A stretch of 64,000 bases of DNA from Phallusia mammillata (taxonomy: Eukaryota), in the NCBI GenBank assembly GCA_965637545.1, contig OZ281497.1, positions 30,566,001 through 30,630,000 of the forward strand, in the 5' to 3' direction. Positions 27,501-39,500 of the stretch are shown here, one piece after another. The notes below the pieces were generated by a model that saw only the letters and a program-made list of their open reading frames with translations, had not been told where the DNA came from and searched no databases. Both the position numbers and the translations under genes were made by a program. How positions within the stretch are numbered: the stretch's first letter is position 1; each line of letters begins with the position of its first letter.

Positions 27501-30500
27501 TAATTAAAACATCGACTGGTTAATCGCATACCTTTTAATAGCATATTCCGTATATTTGCATAAAAAGGATTGGTATATTGATTTTGCGAATAACCGGATT
27601 ATGCCATTAACTGAGTCGTCTGTACAGCATATGTCATAGGGACCAAGGATTTTAAATTCTTGGATATATAGCTGACTAGTTTTCGCTGCAAAGACATTGA
27701 ATATATACTGTTAGCCAGTGTGTCAGTGTTTGTAATTGTTAATCCTGTAGAATAAAGTGAATACTGCTCTGTACAGATCTAAATACGTGAGTTAGGTAAA
27801 ATTACATTTACAATTTTATGGTGTGTCACAAACCACTCATTTTTACATACAAAAGCGGTTTGTTACTCAGTTATACTGGTAACATTTTTTACCACTATGT
27901 GGTTTGCATCGCTTCTTCCAATATATCAGTCAACACTATTATAGTTTTTTATGCTCATGTTTGTATCATGCAAAACATTTATTTTGCTTTCTCGCGTTTT
28001 GTGATTTTGCTTCGCAAATAGTTTACCGTTTCTCAAACAGATGTGTTTGTTGTTAAAAAATTCTCTCAACACATATTTCAACAACTTTTACCGGCTTTGT
28101 CAGCTTTTTCACTCCATCGCAGAGTTTCTTTACGCCTACACTTCCGAACTCACATCCACGCAGTATAAGTTCTTCCATGTTGTGAAGGCAAGGAGCGAGA
28201 GAAGCTGCTCCCCTGTTGCCGATCTTGTTGCAGGAGAGGTCGAATATCTTCAGCTGATTTGTTTACAATAAATATTATCACATTTATCAGAGTGACCAAT
28301 GCTAGTAAATGAAAATAGATAAACCACAGTGACTTCGGATTACTCTTTGCTATAAATGCTACGACTTTTCATTGCCCGGATTTATTTAAAAAACCTGCAT
28401 CAGATTTGCATTTTTCCGGATGCTTGTGCTTTGCCAAACATTGCTTATTTCGTTGGCTCATATTGTTGTAATATTTTCATTTTGTAAACCCGCCGAAATC
28501 GTTGCTTTGAACAAAATACACCTAAGGCGAGCGTTCGCTGTTTGTTTGTTGAAGAACAAAAATAAAATGATTCCAAACGTGCGACAAACATGAAAGGCAC
28601 AATTAAGACGCTTAGCCAGTCGCGGGTCTATAGATTTGCTACACAACTTCCTCCCAGAAACGGGTGAAACACAAGTATAACGATACTTATATTTCCCACA
28701 GCACAAACATCCGCAAGATTTATATGCTTTGTGTGAATTTTTTGATTTGCTATTTTACAATTCGTAGTTTAAGTTTATGTTGTCCACAAATAAAAGACGA
28801 CACAAAGACAAAATCCAATGAACTAAGCTGGCCACCAAAACTTGCGCTGTGTTTTATTTTTTGAATTTTTTAATTATCTTTATGTTTATTTTACATTGCT
28901 TTAATTTCTTTTTACCTTTGTTATTTATGCTTTCGTCATTCATATCTTAGTGTACTAATAACATGATTTGTTCCTAAATGTTTTTCTAAACTATAGTTTG
29001 CATGTTTGTTTGCTTTTTCGGACAAGTCGGTTAGTTTGGTTTGGACCTAGTGCCAGGTTTAAGTTTCAATGAAACAGGCTAGATTCGGGTCTGTAGAACA
29101 AAGTGATTAATGCTTTGTACAGATCTAAATATGTGAGTTAGGTAAAATTACATTTACATTTTTATGGTGTGTCACATACCACCCATTTTTACATACAAAA
29201 GATTTTTACGGTTCGTTACTCAATAATACTGGTGTCATTTGGTTACCACTGTGTGGCTTGCATCGCTTTTTCCAATAAATCAGTCCATACTATTACAGGC
29301 CCACTTTGAGAGTTGATCTGGTTCTGAGAAAGTAATTTTATTTACGCCATACTACAAAAAAGAGAAAGGAAGCACCTCTGTCGCGTAAACGGGCGTCGTA
29401 GTAACGTCATTTTAGCTGTGGAAATTAGTACTTCTGTTCAGAACGTGTTTTCCATCCAGATTTTCGCATAATTCACTTAATCGCACCAGTGTAGCGACTT
29501 TACTGCCGTGTTCGCTTATGCGCATCGAAACGTGCTATTTGCCGTTTTCTTTTAATCGCCATTGCCTCGTATAAAGGCAGGTTTCGCGTTGCTCTATCTC
29601 TTACACGCTACAACATAACTCGGACATGACGCCACTGCTCAATAAAGATTCGACCGCTTCACAAGAAATCTTTGTATAATGATTATGTGATGAAGTTGAT
29701 TCATATGCGCAGCATCTGTTATAGCAACCATGGATTCAAGATAAAAACATGTGCTGTTTATATTTCCAATTATAGAAAAAAATGGTTAAATTGCTTTCTA
29801 CTCAAATAAATATCAGTCAATCAACAGAACATTTCATTTTCAGTTTTACATCTACACAACAGATACCAGGTCGTATTCGCAAGTTAAGTAAAGTTACATT
29901 TAAACGTTTCTTCTTGTGGCGTCACATGCTAAGTCAGGTCCGCGAGTAGTTTGGTTTCAGGCCAGATGCTTTGATACATTTTCCCGTGTTTCCCGGGGAT
30001 TGTAAACTAATTTAGGCTTTTATATTCCTAAATATTTGTAGTTTTTTGAAGGCCGGTCCGCGATAAAATTCCAATTTCAAAAACGGTCCGAACTGCAAAA
30101 AGGTTGCCGACCCCTGTGCTAAGTCACATACAATTACGGAATTTAGATGACCAACTGCTTATAAAGAACAGAGTTATGGCGTAAAGTTGATTGTTTAGTT
30201 TAAATTGTGTTGAGAAACAGGTCAAACTGCTTTGAGACGAAATAAATTTCATTCATTCAACATAACATTGTCTTTTCTGTTGCGTCACTTATCCCCACCA
30301 ATCATATTTATTTTTATTATGTTTTTTAATTTACCGAAGTTACGCTACAATTGTTTTGATGCCAAATTCTGCTTTAAAGCGATTTGCGTTTATGTTAATA
30401 TTAATTAACACCACAACAAATTTTCAATGAAGACAGAACTGCTGGGTCTTCGACCTTTTTTGTTGTGTGAATTTTTACTTTTGATTATTGTGACCACATA

Positions 30501-33500
30501 ATCTTTACAGTTGATTTAATTGTGACGACATATTTGAATTCTGACGCAACAAAGGTATATTAGAGTGACAATCATCACTTTCAATATTTAAAAATCATTC
30601 GCACCCAAAGCAACTATTTTAAAGCGCCAGTTGTCAGTATAAAAATATCTGCAAAAAACATTTACATGGTTATAAAAATGCATTTTTTTAGATTAAACGA
30701 AGTTGAAATAACCAGGTTGCCACGTTTGTAATTGGATAAAATCTTGTATATCACTTAGATCGAAATTCAATATTTTTTACCGGCTTTGTTAGCTTTTTCA
30801 CTCCATCGCAGAGTTTCTCGACACCTTTGCTTCCGATCCCACATTCATCCAGTATAAGTTGTTCTTCGATGTTGTGAAGGCAAGGACCCAGTAAAGCTGC
30901 TCCCGTGTTTCCGATCTCGTTGCCGGAGAGGTCAAGTATCTTCAGCTGATTTAATGCAACAAATATGATCATATTTATCGTAGTGACGAATGCTAGTAAA
31001 TCAAAATAGACAAACCAACACAACTTCGGATTACGCCTTGCTATAAATGCTACGACTTTTCATGGACGGATTTAATTAAAACCTGCAATCAGATTTGTAT
31101 TTTTTCTGATGCTTGTGTTTTGCCAAACATCGCTTATTTCGTTGGCGCATATTATATTTTTTTTCATTTGTAAACCCGCCGAAATCGTTGCTTATATACC
31201 TAAGGCGAGCGTTCCCTGTTTAATTGGTGAAGATCAAAAATAGAATGATTCCAAACGCGCGACAAACATGAAAGGCACAATTAAGACGCTTCGTAAGTAG
31301 CGGGCCTGTAGAGAAGTATAGGTTATGAACTAATAAATAAATATTACAGACTGACAGGTGTGACAAGATGGCAGATATACAAGTTGGATATGTGAATGAA
31401 TTTCAATAAATATTCGTATATTGTCACCAAGACACAGATATATAGACAACACGATTCTACTTCTGCTACAGACATATAATCGACAATCGGTACACATGGC
31501 GATTCTACATATTGGCTCAAGTTGCATTAATACTTTGGTCTGTTGTGACACTTGCAAAATCGCATACGAATATTGTTATTTTCTTTCTGTATTGTGCACC
31601 CTGACTGTTTTCAGTTTTACTTTTTAGGTCATGCTTTGACTTTCAACAGTTTTGTTTTGTCTGTTTATTTGCGGACGTTATATGTTTTAATGCATTTGTT
31701 CTTGCTCTTGTGTATATCGAACTTAACAGTTTTATGTGGACAATTTCACATTTCACTTTATTTTCCACGCCCTTCTTTGTTTATATTTACCCTTATATTT
31801 ATATGATATATACAGCTATGTTTACTTTTCAGCCTGTAACGACACCATTATATACCGAAACATGTTACCATCACTTTCAGCCAGCCTAACGCACAAGTAA
31901 AGTTTTTACCCGACATGCGTGCTTGGTAATGATTGGACGTTAGTCATGTGACGTTTTATTGAATTTCCTTTTATAAATGGTTTTAAACGTGGTGATATAG
32001 AGTGTAGAATTGTGCTGTTTGCAAACGTTGAAGTTACGCAGTTGTGCCTTGATTTTAATTGTTTATATTTGTGTAAGGTTGTTTACAGTTGAAACCCTGT
32101 TTGGTGTGACCATCTCACCGCTTTGTTGGCGCCAACAGTAGCCGCATTCGAATGGAAGGGCTAATAAATGTTTATTTTAGCGTTGCTGGAATGAAAATCT
32201 CTGCTTCTGTTTATGTGGTCGGATGTCGTCGAGAAGTGCATTTTTAACACTGTGTGGTTAAATACAAGTTGATGACGCGGTCCGGAAATGATGGGGCAGT
32301 GTCCTTGTTACCTAAACCATGGACTGATTCCTCAGTAGTGATCGAGAGAACCATGGAAGCGTGTTTTAACGATGTTGCAGTAAGTCGCAAGCAAATAGTG
32401 TTTGGGGAATGATGAACACCAAAAGCTTCGATTTTCCAGATGTCTTTGCAAAAACAAGAAAATGACAAAATCTAACAAGTTATTGCAAAACATCGTGCTG
32501 CGTTTGCAGTTGCGTCAGAGTATCTTGGCCGTTTTTTAACTACACTTAATATAGTTTGACTCCTATTCTGCAACACCCTTGACGAACGGCCACTTCGTCA
32601 GATACGACAGCCAAAATTTTATACAGCGCCGAAAATAGATATGCACCGAAGGACAGTGTTTAAGCGCAATACATTGGTGCTGTTTCTTGACACATGTATG
32701 ATATATGCTTTAACATAATATTGTTTTGTTGTATGTTTTGTTTTAGTTCTACGCAGACGAATCCAGGTAATCCAATACTGGATAATCGCCCAATCCGTTT
32801 TATTGCATAGAGATGGTGAATCCTAAACCGTAGCTAATTAAAAAATCGACTGGTTAATCGCATACCTTTTAATAGCATAACCCGTATATTTGCATAAAAA
32901 GGATTGGCATATTGATTTTGCGAATAACTGGATTATGCCAATAACTGGAGTTGTCTGTACAGCATATGTCATAGGGACCAAAGATTTTAAATTCTTAGAT
33001 ATATAGCTGACTAGTTTTCGCTGCAAAAACAGTGAATATATACTGTTAGCCAGTGTGTCAGTGTTTATAATTGTCAATCTTGTAGAAAAAAGTTACTACT
33101 GCTTTGTACAGATTTAAATATATGAGTTAGGTAAAATTACAATTACATTTTCATGGTGTGTCACACACCACCCATTTTTACATACAAAAGCAGTTTGTTA
33201 CTCAATAATACTGGTGTCATTTGATTACCACTGTGTGGCTTGCATTGCTTCTTCCAATAAATCGATCTATACTGTTATAGTTTTTTTATGCACATGTTTT
33301 TATTTTGCTTTGTAATTTTGCTTTGGCGCAAATAGTTTACCGTTTCTCAAACAGATATGTTTGCTGTTAAAATATTCACACAACATATATTTCAACAAAC
33401 TTTACCGGCTTTGTTAGCTTTTTCACTCCATCGCAGAGTTTCTCGACGCCTTCACTTTCGATCCCACATGCAATCAGTATAAGTTGTTCCATGTTGTGAA

Positions 33501-36500
33501 GGCAAGGACTCAGCGAAGCTGCTTCCGTGCTGCCGATCTCGTTGAAGGAGAGGTCGAGTATCTTCAGCTTATTTTAATACAATAAATATTATCACATTTA
33601 TCGTAGTGACGAATGCAAGCAAATAAAAATAGATAACACAACACTACATTTGATCAGATTACGCTTTGATATACAGTGTTGTAAATGTTGCAATTTGTTT
33701 AATCCCAAAAAAATAAACTCAACCCTGATTTAACTCAAACTAATAATTATTTTCAAACGATTCACAGTGGTGCATTTGCGTAGCAATTGTTTGATGGACG
33801 TTTCTGACAGAACATTTTTTATATCATTGCATGCAAATGTAGCGAAATTTTATTTGCTTGTTAGTTTTTGTCACTTATTGTTTTCGTTCTTTTTCGTTGT
33901 GGCACCTTCATTACGTTTTTGTGTTGTGGCACCCTCGCTGCTTCCCCTTAGGAGTGATTAGGTATGAAAGCGTTGATTGCGCCGGAATATGCCTTCCTGT
34001 TCCGCATGCCTTAAATAGGGCGTCACTAGTTGATGGTATGGCTTTTCTCTGGGCGCCGTGAAACTTAGTGATGTTGGTAATGGTATTGGTGGTGGGTTGC
34101 CACGTGCCCAGTGTAACGTCGTCGTTTTTACATTGTTTTAAATATAAGTCGCGCCCATAAGCTAGTGTGAGGGAGTATAATTGGCTTTAGTGGTGAGCCG
34201 TTATTGCAGGGTTCTGGACCTAAGCAGGTTTGGTGCATAAGATCGAGTTAGCAGGCCTGCCGAAATAATTCCGTAACAAATTGGCGAGCACGTCAGGACC
34301 CTGTCACCACAACACCGCTGTTTTAGTTTAAGAGAGAAGCCGGTTTCCGTTCGTTTTAGTTTGTTTTCGCTCATGTGTTGTATTAACGATGTTTTTTAAT
34401 GTAATGATGAAATCTCCGCGTTATGGTGGAGATTTAGGTTTGCGTAATTTTACCGTGGTGCTGGCGACCTACTGTCGCGATGTTGGAGCTCCAGAAGGAC
34501 ACAGGACCAAGTTGTTACTTGATCTGGTTTCAGACGAGCAGTTGGCTTATTTTCGACGGGCGACGCCCTGTTCTGAAGTCAGCTATGAAGATTACAAGCG
34601 ACTCGCCATGTGGGGTTGGTTGCAGACGTTTGGTGAAGGGCTTCGGGCCCATGTCGCTTCACCAAACTTGATGCCGGTGCTAGTCGACGGAAAATCCAGA
34701 CGAATCGCTTCTCCTGATATATGCAAGGGGTCAGAAAATGAGTCCCATTAATTCGAAGAATCTATTCGACGAGCCGGTTGCTCTTTTTCTGCGTTTTCGC
34801 AAAGTGCATTTGGTATTTTTGTGACTGTGTGTTTTTTGGAAACACCTCTTGCGCCCATTAATAAGAGACGCATGAGTCGGAAACGCTGTGTTTGCAAACC
34901 TATGTTGTTGTGCAACAACCCCGTTATGGCCAAAAGTTTGTATTCCAGGCCGATATGATGTTTTGACTGTTGATGGCGCTGAACTGCTCTGTGTGCACTT
35001 TTAGAGCTGCTAACTGAAGTTTGCTTAATCCTACGGGAGTAGGACGAATTCAGGTTGAGGGGAATGTAGCGAATTTTTATTTTGCTAGTTTTGTCACCGT
35101 CACTTATTGTGTTCGTTGTGGCACCTTAATTACGTTTTTGTGTTCTGCCCCCCTCGCTGCTTCCCCCTTAGGAGTGATCAGGTGTGAAAGCGTTGATTGC
35201 GCCGGAATGTGCCTTACTGTTCCGCATGCCTTAAATAGGGCGTCACTAGTCGATGATATGGCTTTTCTCTGGGCGCCGTGAAACTTAGTGTTGGTGTTGG
35301 TATTGGTGGTGGGTTGCCACGTGTCCAGTGTAACGTCGTCATTTTTACATTGTTTTGAATATAAGTGACGCCCATAAGCAAAACCAGCGTGAGGAAGTAT
35401 AATTGGCTTTAGTGGTGATCCGTTATTGCAGGGTTCTGGACCGGTTACGAATTAAGTAAGCAGGCTTGGTGCATAAGATCGATTTATCAGGCCTGCCAAA
35501 ATATTAGGTAACAAATTGGCGAGCACGCCAGGACCCTGTCACCACAACACCGCTGTTTCAGTTTGTGAGAAAAGCCGGTTTCAGTTCGATTTAGTTTGTT
35601 TTCGTTTATGTGATGTTTTTTAATGTAATGATGAAATCTCCGCGTTATTGCCGAGATTTAGGTTTGCATAATTTTACCACGGTGCTGGCGACCTACTGTC
35701 GCGATGTTGGAGCTCCAGAAGGACACAGGACCAAGTTGTTACTTGATCTGGTGTCAGACGAGCAGCTGGCTTATTTTCGACGGTCGACGCCCTGTTCTGA
35801 AGTCAGCTACACTGTAAATGCTAAAGATGGATTTGTGTTAGGTGGATTTTTTTTCCACCCTTTTTCGTAGGTTGTATCTTTTATATGTACCTTTCCGGGC
35901 ATATTTTACTCCTTTTGCCTTTACATTAAAGGTGGAATATGGTTTTTTTCCCCGTTGTGCCAGTTTCGTGGTCAACATTGTTTCTTACCGGGCGTAGCCC
36001 AACTAAATTACACTTTGTGCGTAAATTAACTTATTTGATTGTTGTTTACTGTTTTTTTATTCAGTAGTTTTGTAAAAGGCGTTGGAATAAAACGGCCGCC
36101 ACCACACCAATGCTCAACTACTGCGCATGCGCGCTTGCATTTTGTAGACCAGGTTGCTGCGAAAAACACGCGTTTGAGTTTGTAGTCTGTGTGTTTATCT
36201 ATGCTAATCAGGTAATGCTGTGCAGTCAGACAGTAAGAAGTTTAATCCGAAGTTTCTTAAAACAAAACGGTTTGTATATGCTGTGTTTAAATTGTCTTTG
36301 TTGACACGTTCTAATGCCCAGTGCAGCTATGCAGTGTTACTACTGAAGATTTCTAAAGTGCCGGGTTACATTACAATATTTGTTGTTTGGAATACGAAAC
36401 TATGGTGTATGGAAAAACGCATATTTGTCATAAGTTGGACATTAGTATGTTACCTACTGCATTAGTTATTTTTGTTTTTTAATTTTTGGAGATGTTTTTT

Positions 36501-39500
36501 TCTTATGGTGGCATAGATTTACATTTTGATTGCTGCCACTACAAAATTAGTGACATATGTTTGTGATTAATGTTGTCGATGATCATCCTGTTTTTTTTAA
36601 GTGAAATTTGGTTGGTCATTTAAACGTGCTTGGTTTTTAGTTGGCAATATCTATGACCTATTTGTGAACAAACAGCTTCATGCATACTGTGTTCATTTAT
36701 TATGCAAGTTTTGGCAGGTGGTAAAACTTGGCAGTGAACTTGCTGGTCCTTTTTATGCTTATACTTTACAACAGTTACATTAAATTAAAGTACCTGCATT
36801 GTTTGTAGGTTTACCACATTTGTGTTTTTCAGATATTCAGCAAAATGTCATTTACATTTCATGTGACACATAACCAAACAAAGCAACTTGTCACTGTAAA
36901 ATGCCTCAATGACCTTTATGAGGAGATTGCCAATGTGTTTGGTACAAGTGATTTTAAACTTTAGTACTATGTTAAACAATATAGTGACTGGATTGATTTC
37001 GACACGCTTCAAGAAGCTCCTAACACAGGCAAACTTAAAGTAATAATTAAAGATGTGGAACAGCTTTAACATATAGAACAGGGGAATAGCTACTCTTCAA
37101 CCATACCAGAATCAGACACAGTGGGATTGGTTGCAGGCGTTTGGTGAAGGGTTTCGGGCCCATGTCGCTTCACCAAACTTGATGCCGGTGCTAGTCGACG
37201 GAAAATCCATACGAATCGCTTCTCCTGATATATGCAAGGGGTCAGAAAATGAGTCCCATTAATTCGAAGAATCTATTCGACGAGCCGGTTGCTCTTTTTC
37301 TGCGTTTTCGCAAAGTGCATTTGGTATTTTTATGACTGTGGCTTTTTGGGGCACACCTCTTGCGCCCATTAATAAGCGACGCAAGAGTCGGAAACGCTGT
37401 GTTTGCAAACGTATGTTGTTGTGCAACAACCCCGTTATGGCCAAAAGTTTTTATTCCAGGCCGATATTATGTTATGACTGTTGATGGCGCTGAACTGCTC
37501 TGTGTGCACTTTTAGAGCTGCTAACTGAAGTTTGCTTAATCCTACGGGAGTAGGACGAATTCAGGTTGAGGGGAATGCACTAGCCAATGCGGCCAATCTC
37601 TCGTCACCAGCTGCACTGATGAGACCTTATAGGTCGAAACAGTGTGCACTGTCTGCAGCTTATCATTTATTGGCTCATATGCTTTAAGAATTTTCATGCT
37701 ATTTCTTAAACGCCAAAGCGTTTTTTTTTAAATTGCGATTGATTAATCTTGTTTTCCGGAAATTAAGAAGTTGTCGCGGATCCCCTGAAAACGCTTGGCG
37801 GAATTCCAGGGTTCCGCGCACCCCCGGTTGAAAACCACTGGGCTAAGCGGTTGTGCAATGCAAACGCGAACAGTTAACATTATAAGGTGGTTATATGAAT
37901 AAATTTTAGAAAATAATCCAATATTTTGAGACATATTGCCAACAAGACAAAAAGAAATGGACAACACGATTGTACTTCTGCTGCAGATATCTAAAAATGA
38001 TTGACAACGGATACACATCTTGTGCGTTATACTTTGGTATGTTGTGACACTTGTGATGTTTGCATACGAATGTTGTTATTTTTTATACTATTGTCCACCA
38101 GCAGTTTTTGTGTAGTTTTACTTTGTTAGCTCATGCTTTGATTTTCTATAGTTTTGTTTCGTCTGTTTATTTGCGCACTTTATATATTTCACTGCATTTG
38201 TTCTTGCTCTTTGTGTAAATCGAACTTAACATTACTATTTGGACAATTTCACATTTCACTTTATTTTCCACGCCTTTTTTGTTTATATTTACCCTTATAT
38301 TTATATGATATATACAACTATTGTTACTTCTCAGCCACGACTCCATTATGTTCTGAAACATGTAACCATTAACTTCAGCGTAATGCGCAAGTAAATAAAG
38401 TTTCGACCTGACATACGTGGTCGGTAATGATTGGATGATAGTCATGTGACGTTTTATTGGCTTTCCTTCCATAAAGATGTTGTGATTTTGTAACGTGAAT
38501 CGGTGTTCGCTTAGTTTCGTTATTCACTGTTAAGTTCGCACCTTTGTTTTCATGCTTATTTAATATCTAGTTATTGCACTTGTTTTACACAATAATCTTA
38601 TTTATCTAATAATATATGTGTATGTATGTTTCATAATGTTTGTTTCGATTGTTGTCACGAATAATTTGCATTGATGAATTTATTTTCACGTTTTTTTTTT
38701 CACTTCTTGTTTTTCCGCTTTTGTTTTCTTGTCTAACATTTTAGGATTTTTAACTTAATACTTTTTTTTGTATTTTAAGACCAGTAAAATTCGAACGCAT
38801 CCCCGCTTCAGTGATTTTGCATGGCGCGTCGTGATAGGCTACTTTGCTAGAGGCGTGTGACGTAACTTTCCCTCTTGCTTTGTAAACTAGTTCTCTCCTG
38901 GCCCCGGGGATATGTGCGTTATTTTTTTGGTGTTGTTGTGCTGCGCTGTGGCCTGCTGCAACGTAACGTGATTGAAGAATACTTTTTAAAGGTTTGATTT
39001 ATCATAATATATATTATTTAGTCAAATCACCGTTGTAACTTGGTTTTAGCGATAAGCCGTTAGTGCAGGGTCTTGAACCGTTTCACGAACTAGGAGGTAG
39101 CCTCGAGTATTAGAATACAATCGGGATAGTTGCGAAGGTTAAACAGCGCCACCGTATGTATCTGTCAAATAATAATTCCAGTGCTTGCAATGACTCTTAT
39201 TTACATTTTAAGTTGTCGCAAACAAATTCAATCCCTCCTGTTATGTGGCAATTTCTTTTGTAAACGGAGACTTCATGCTGTAAGAATGTAACAGAAAATT
39301 ATTATGCACTGACACGTGCGACAGGATGGCTTGTACATTGCGAACACAAACATTGTATATTATAAGTTGGTTATTTGGATGAATTTCAATAAATGTTCAA
39401 ATATTTAAGGCGACATATTACAAGTATATACACAAAGATATGGGGAACACGATTATTCGTTCTGCTACAGACATCTGAAAATGATTGGCAACCGATACAC

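Larger units (their letters stand above)
24280..33660. repeat. Proximal duplicon array: two-exon block duplicated (exons 4+3 and 2+1)
   Basis: Exon offsets of 5389 and 5314 bp; exons 4/2 share one flank type and exons 3/1 another. Confidence 0.8.
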
